From the NCBI GenBank assembly GCA_964016885.1, contig OZ024740.1, positions 185,628,001 through 185,692,000 of the forward strand: a stretch of DNA of 64,000 bases, given 5' to 3'. Each line of letters begins with the position of its first letter. Positions within the stretch are counted from its first letter, which is position 1. Both the position numbers and the translations under genes were made by a program. Positions 55,076-64,000 of this stretch are shown piece after piece. The stretch comes from Eledone cirrhosa. Taxonomy: Eukaryota. The notes below the pieces were generated by a model that saw only the letters and a list, made by a program, of their open reading frames with translations, made no database searches and was not told where the DNA came from.

Positions 55076-55560
55076 TATATATATATAAAAAAGAATAGAG
55101 GTGTAACACACGAGTTATGATATATTGGTAAAAGGAAAAGAAAATGCTGACAAATTGTTCCCAGTGAAAAATAGTTTAATTAGGAATAAGTAAAAATTAG
55201 TAATAGTATTGATTAGTATTCAGTTTTGGTTTTAAGTTTTACTGGTTGCGCATTTCTAATGCTTTTCAAAAATAATTTAGAGATAGAGCGCCCGTGATGT
55301 TTGCTCTAATCTGATTAGTTTTGGAAATTCTACCTGTTTTATGTAAAAAAAATGGCTCCAGATGTTTCAAAAAATTCGTGTGGTCAAAACAATTTTGATT
55401 GGTCGGTAGAGGTCATGTGAATGTTAAAAATTGATTTTGCGCCAAATATAGGTTTGTCTCGGCTGATTGAGAAGTCGCTGAAAAATAAGTAACATACCTA
55501 TTGAAAGGTATGTCGTATTTATTTATTTATAAGACTATTTATAAGACTGTTTATAGTGTA

Positions 55561-55622
55561 TTTTGTCTGAAGAAGGCATAACATATTGTTAATATGATAT
55601 CACTGAAATATATATAACGAAA
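55561..55622 (+). ncRNA. Minimal hammerhead (family B-related) at the end of pLTR remnant ~55085-55665
   Basis: TTTTGT CTGAAGA AG...CT GAAA TATATA TA^ ACGAAA; palindromic stem III ATATATAT; followed by the family B tail. Confidence 0.65.
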
Positions 55623-55664
55623 TAAATATGGTTTTATAAATATAGTTTCCATTTATTTAATATC

Positions 55665-58680
<3,016 letters not shown>

Positions 58681-59481
58681 ATTTAGAAACACACAGATAC
58701 ATGCGGACACACACATATACATGAATGCATCCGCACCCAACCGTGAGTTAAGGGTGCCAACTTCACCGATGTTGCTCAATGAATGACTGGGACAGACCAA
58801 TCCAGTTGAACCAGACTGAACCAGTATCAGAGTTAAAAATACATTATGAAGAGAGAAGAAACATTTAGATATAATTAGTAATAAAATGTATCATACCTAA
58901 CTGCTCCTAGATTCCTCGATTACGTAGTTTCGTGGCATAAACAAAAACAATACATCATAAAGATATAGAGTCCAGCGAGGTCTGCCGACTTATCAAGGAG
59001 GATACCTCATTTTACTAGTCTCAAGAACGCGTCTACACGACGTGAGAAAGAATCTCAAAAGGCGGAGGGGGAGATAGTCACGCGATATAACGGTCGAGAA
59101 ACAGAGCTAAGCCTCTTATAACCCCGAAGAAAATACCACGGAGGCGGAGGGGGTATTTATATCGAAGCCGTATTCATATCGAAGCCGTATTTTCTTCGGG
59201 GTTATAAGAGGCTTAGCTCTGTTTCTCGACCGTTATATCGCGTGACTATCTCCCCCTCCGCCTTTTGGGATTCTTTCTCACGTCGTGTAGACGCGTTCTT
59301 GAGACTAGTAAAATGAGGTATCCTCTTGATAAGTCGGCAGACCTCGCAGGGACTCTATATCTTTATGATGTATTGTTTTTGTTTATGCCACGAAACTACG
59401 TAGTCGAGGAATCTAGGAGCAGTTTAGGTATGATACATTTTATTACTAATTATATCTAAATGTTTCTTCTCTCTTCATAAT
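58681..59481. mobile_element. Fold-back pLTR mini-element: tail + ~294-bp inverted arms
   Basis: Tail 58681-58842; arms 58843-59136 and 59187-59481 are nearly perfect; 50-nt spacer; (TA)n flanks. Confidence 0.85.
59321..59410 (+). ncRNA. Type I hammerhead with compensatory U3-A8 core (mirror copy 58913-59002, minus)
   Basis: TCCTC TTGATAA GTCGGCA...TGCCAC GAAA CTACGTAG TC^ GAGGA: stem I TCCTC/GAGGA, stem II GT(C)GGCA/TGCCAC, palindromic stem III ACTACGTAGT, GUC triplet. Confidence 0.8.
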
Positions 59482-59499
59482 ATATAATATATATATAAT

Positions 59500-59531
<32 letters not shown>

Positions 59532-60525
59532 ATATCTATATATATATATAGAATATACATATATATATATAATTATATATTCGTATATAGATATTTTTGC
59601 ATAAGCAATAACAAAATATAAACAAACGTATTTATTTAAGGGGCTCGATAAGCATAAGTGTATATCAAATATATAAGAACACTAGAGCAACTCCCGAGCA
59701 ACGCCGGGCGAGAAAAACCTCCCTACCGATTGGTTTCAAACTTTACACATCCAATACTTATGGTCCTGTGAGTGTTTTGAGCAAAAACATTTCAAATTGT
59801 CAATGCCCTAGGGACCGCATTAGGCGATTTAGCTATCTCTTTCTCTCTCTCTTAGTCTTTCTCTATTTAGATAAGTACATAGATATAACGTTGCGCCCTT
59901 ATATTATCTGTCTGTATGCCTAACTGTCTGCATTATGACAATATGACGTAGCTGTGTGTGTGCGTCTGTATATATGTATATATAGTGTGTGTGTGTATAT
60001 ATATATAGTGTGTAACATTTTTCGAAATATTTACTTCTGCGTTCACAGATTGATTTTTTTTAGTTTCAGAAGATCGCGTTAAGGTTGAAAGCAGCGATTC
60101 TTTGCTTAAACTTTAATCTGATATTTTAATATATATATATAATTATATATTCGTGTACAGATATTTTTGTATATACAATAACAAAATATAAACAAAAGTA
60201 TTTATTTCGCGATAAAGTTTTGATTTTCTTCTCGCGGAAAAAAATCCTGGTTATCTATGACGAATTTTTTTTATAAGCACAAAATGTAGAGACCATCCTG
60301 AGGCCGAGGTATTCCGTACTTCTATGTAGTATTATATATATATATATATATATATAATTATATATTCGTGTACAGATATTTTTTGCATACGCAATAACAA
60401 CATATAAACAAACGTATTTATTTCACGAGGCTCGATAGGGATAAATATATATCAAATATATCCCGAGTCGCGCCGGGCCGTTCTGCTAGTAATAATAATA
60501 ATAATAGTAATAATAATAATAATAT

Positions 60526-61600
60526 ATTGACTATCAACAACTTGTTCCACAAGAGTAGTGATGTCGATACACTCTACTTAAAGAGATCTGATGGTGGAAG
60601 AGGTCTTATCAGCATAGAGGATTGTGTTCAGATGGAAAAAAACAACCTGCACAAATACGTGACTGAGAGTAGGGGGCCAATGCTCAAATTTGTACTGAAG
60701 GAGAAGACAATAGACCAGGGGATGTCCAAGGGCTAAATAACAACACGGAGGAAGAGCAACCTTCATGATAAATGGCTTCATATTACCTTATTTAAGAAAA
60801 CTGAATTTAGAGATCCACAGTCATGGAACTGGTTAAAAAGAGGAGACCTTAAAAAGGCTACAGAAGGAATGCCTGATAGCTGCGCCAGAGCAGGCCCTCA
60901 AGACGAAGTGGGTGAAATACCATTTTTACAAGGAGGAGGCTAGCTCACTGTGTAGGATCTGTGGAGAGAGAGGAGACTGTGGCTCACATTGTATCCGAGT
61001 ATAAACACCTAACCCAGACTCACTATAAAGGCTGGTGTTATGATGTGATGGGCAGGGTGATCCACTGGCACCTATACAAAGTAAACAATTTACCATATTT
61101 TGACAAGTGGTATGAGCATAAATCAGAGCCGGTGATAGAAACGATCAGGTGAAGGTGCTATGGGATTTTAGGATACAGACGGACAAGAAATTAGAACACA
61201 ATAGCCCTGACTTGGTGGTTTTGGACAAAGAAAAATATCGTGCCTGATTGTGGATGTAGCCTGCCTATTTGACACGAGAGTGCAAGAAAAGGAGATTGGG
61301 AAAATTAACCAATACCAGGACTTAAAGTGGGAGGTAAAAAGGATTTAGAACTGCCATGAAATCAACGTCGTCCCGATTGTCATAGGCGCACTAGGTACTA
61401 TCTCAAAGAGTTTCCAAAGATGGTTAAAGATGATTAGTCCAGCCCCGCTTTTTGGAACACTTCAAAAGGCATGCTTGTTGGGAACAGCATGAACCCTCCG
61501 ATACGTCCTGAATATCTGAGGCTGCAGGTAGCGGCTTGATATTTACTTCAACAAACTTTCCAGTTAAATAACATCAATGACTGAGACTCAAATACTAAAA
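60526..61600 (+). mobile_element. 3' fragment of an R4/Dong-type RLE non-LTR retrotransposon
   Basis: LYLKRSDGGRGLISIEDC; CRICGEREETVAHIVSE (CCHC remnant); VLWDFRIQTDKKLEHNSPDLVV..IVDVA (PD..D nuclease); VVPIVIGALG; LQKACLLGT. Has stops and frameshifts; flanked by (TAA)n on both sides. Confidence 0.85.
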
Positions 61601-61644
61601 ATAATAATAATAATAATAATAATGATCATGATGATGATGTCCGA

Positions 61645-61845
61645 TTTTGGCACGATACAAACAAGTTTGGGGAGGGGCGAAAGTCGATACATCAATCCCA
61701 GTGCACTATTGGAATTTTATTTTGCCGAGTATGTACGGGAAAGCTAACCACAGCGTGTTGTGAACTCAGAAGGTAAAGGGTCGTGACTAAATGCCGGGAA
61801 GTAAGTTGTTCCACGCTCTTCCGATACTGCCAATTCACTGCCAAT
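61645..61845 (-). mobile_element. Diverged SINE copy (17-199 family)
   Basis: TTTTGGCAC...CCCAGTGCACTATTGG...TGAACTCAGAA...CTCTTCCGATACTGCCAAT matches the layout of 30-199. Confidence 0.6.
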
Positions 61846-62368
61846 AAATACAATAATACTGCGTAAAGATAGGTCTGTTTGCTATATTAGGAAATGTGCG
61901 TGTGTGTTTGTGTGTTTCTTGTAAAACGAAGACATGTACACGCGAGGAATTTCCCGGTTTCTTATATGTTTATGATAAAATCACTGATTTGCAGTTGAAC
62001 ATAAACTCACAAGGAAATTAGTTGTTAGGGATAATAATATCGTATAATGATAATCATGTTACAATAGTATCTTTTGCTGTAATTATGAATTGTAAAAAAA
62101 GTAAAAGTAACACGAAATTTATCTACACACTTGTATGTTATTATTTAACTCTATAATGATGCTCAGCTGGTTTCTCATGTAACTCACGTATATGAAGGCG
62201 TTAATTTCCGGTTCCAACCTTTGAGATCATAATATCCCTGAATGTAATTTTATTGAATACGCGCCCACTTATAATAGTGATTAACAATACTATCGTATAT
62301 GTGTGTGTGAGTGTGTGGTCTGTGTGCGGTGTGTGTGTGTGGATGTATATATTTGTGTGTGTGTGCGT

Positions 62369-62411
<43 letters not shown>

Positions 62412-62747
62412 CGGGTTTATGTGTATATAGACGGAGACATGTTCAAGTGGGTAGGAACTTCTTTTCGCAACCACGATGTCATTGCTTCTTGCCTTAGTGT
62501 GTGGTATGTTAGGGGTCATTTGCCATGATCCAAGCTGAATCTAAATCTAGTAGGTGAAATTGGATAGATGAACATTGCATTTTTGGATTTCGTTGGGTGT
62601 ACCCAACCACTTTGCACACTTATTTCAAGTTGGCCATTCACGTGTTTGATGCTCATACATCATTTTCGTGGGTATGTCCATCAACATATATGTTGATGGT
62701 ATATATATATATAATAATGTTGATGGTATATATATATATATGTTGAT

Positions 62748-62795
<48 letters not shown>

Positions 62796-63971
62796 CGTAG
62801 AGAGATGTCGAAAGATTACGATAACGACAAAGATATAATACCAAAAAACTAAGAAATATATGGATGTATGTTAAACAGAACACAATTTGTTTGAAACACA
62901 GAAATCAAACATCATTTACAATTCTAAGTATGCTCTTTTATATCTAGATTTATTCAGCATTTATGAAACAATTGTTTACAAGTTATTTAATATGTTCTAT
63001 GGATTACATGAGAATTCAACCAATATCTGTCAATTGAGAATACTTCATATATTAAAATAAATAATCACCATATCAACAAATGATTTAAGGTTTTGCTGTC
63101 ATTATCGAAGAAGCACGTCGCCTAGAGATAAGGGTGTTGATTTTCCAATAATAAGGAATTGAGTACCGGCAATAGCTGGGCGATTAAATCTGAGATGATT
63201 GGCGTCCTCTTCAGGGGGAAGACATCAACTCTCAGTCGCTATTGAACACAGGATAAGCGCCGGTTTGATGAACCTCCGGGCTCGCGCAAGACATTTTTGT
63301 CATTATTGCCTTCTTTTCAATCTGATCACTGCATGGGTATTTGCTTTTCTTATTAAATGGAAATAATTGTTTTTTCATGTTGTAAGAGACACCATCTGTA
63401 TATTGCCAAGCGATTGCTTAAAATCGGAATGCTTGAATAGATCAGTGTTAATGCAATATTTCAACAAACAGAGAATTAACCTGTCTGATGAAATCTAAAT
63501 ATTTCTTAATCGTCGAAATATGCAGGATAAAGATTCTGTGTAACATACACAATAAAACTGACTGTTAAGAAACATACCAATCACAAGTAGCTGATTATCT
63601 TTTTTCCTATCTAGTTAAAAGATTTCTCTTACCGTATTGGAGATCAATATCTCCTCTATGGCAATTGTAATATGACAGTATAAAAACAGTGTTAAAACGA
63701 TATCTCAAAATGATACAGGCCTCTTGTGATGAACTGCATTTTCTCCATTACGTTCGGGGAGCTTGGCTTAGGTGGGAATTATATGAAATATGCACATGTC
63801 TATACATATATTTTAAACATCAATCAAGCAGAATAGTAATTTGCCTTTTCTTATTGTTCGAGATCATTCACAGCGTAGATGCAGGATAAAGTGATGTAGA
63901 TATAAAATCACTTTTCTTAATGGTTTTCTTCTTTCGGCAAACCAACACATTTTGTTTCCATTATTATAATA

Positions 63972-64000
63972 CAGAGGTTGACTTTGCCTTTCATCCTTAC
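63972..64000 (+). mobile_element. SINE core fragment truncated by the window edge
   Basis: GAGGTTGACTTTGCCTTTCATCCTTAC. Confidence 0.6.

Noticed and set aside
63480-63528. CCTGT-CTGATGA...GAAA-TAT-GCAGG hammerhead-like motif
   Set aside because: No credible stem II or stem III/NUH; chance match or fully decayed.

Overview
AT-rich, repeat-dominated eukaryotic DNA with no recognisable host gene; the SINE families and huge (TA)n tracts suggest an octopus/coleoid cephalopod (inference, not a database result). It contains a near-intact Naiad-type Penelope-like retroelement (PLE; RT + GIY-YIG) with tandem and inverted pseudo-LTRs (10632-15350), a second 5'-truncated PLE (41500-44253), a full-length but point-mutated RTE LINE (51805-55075), further RTE and R4/Dong-type fragments, two probable non-autonomous Helitrons and several tRNA-derived SINEs. 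The most interesting signal is a dense set of type I hammerhead ribozyme (HHR) folds, read by eye, from about eight or nine sequence families. Several have non-canonical cores: CAGAAGA (U4>A, shared by all nine copies of one family) and compensatory U3-A8 cores (TTGACAA, TTGATAA). Others have very long stem II inserts or family-specific palindromic stem IIIs. Many sit in short non-coding fold-back cassettes (inverted arm + arm + unique tail) inserted in (TA)n, and one family has been captured and amplified by a Helitron. All folds and boundaries are manual, approximate and untested.
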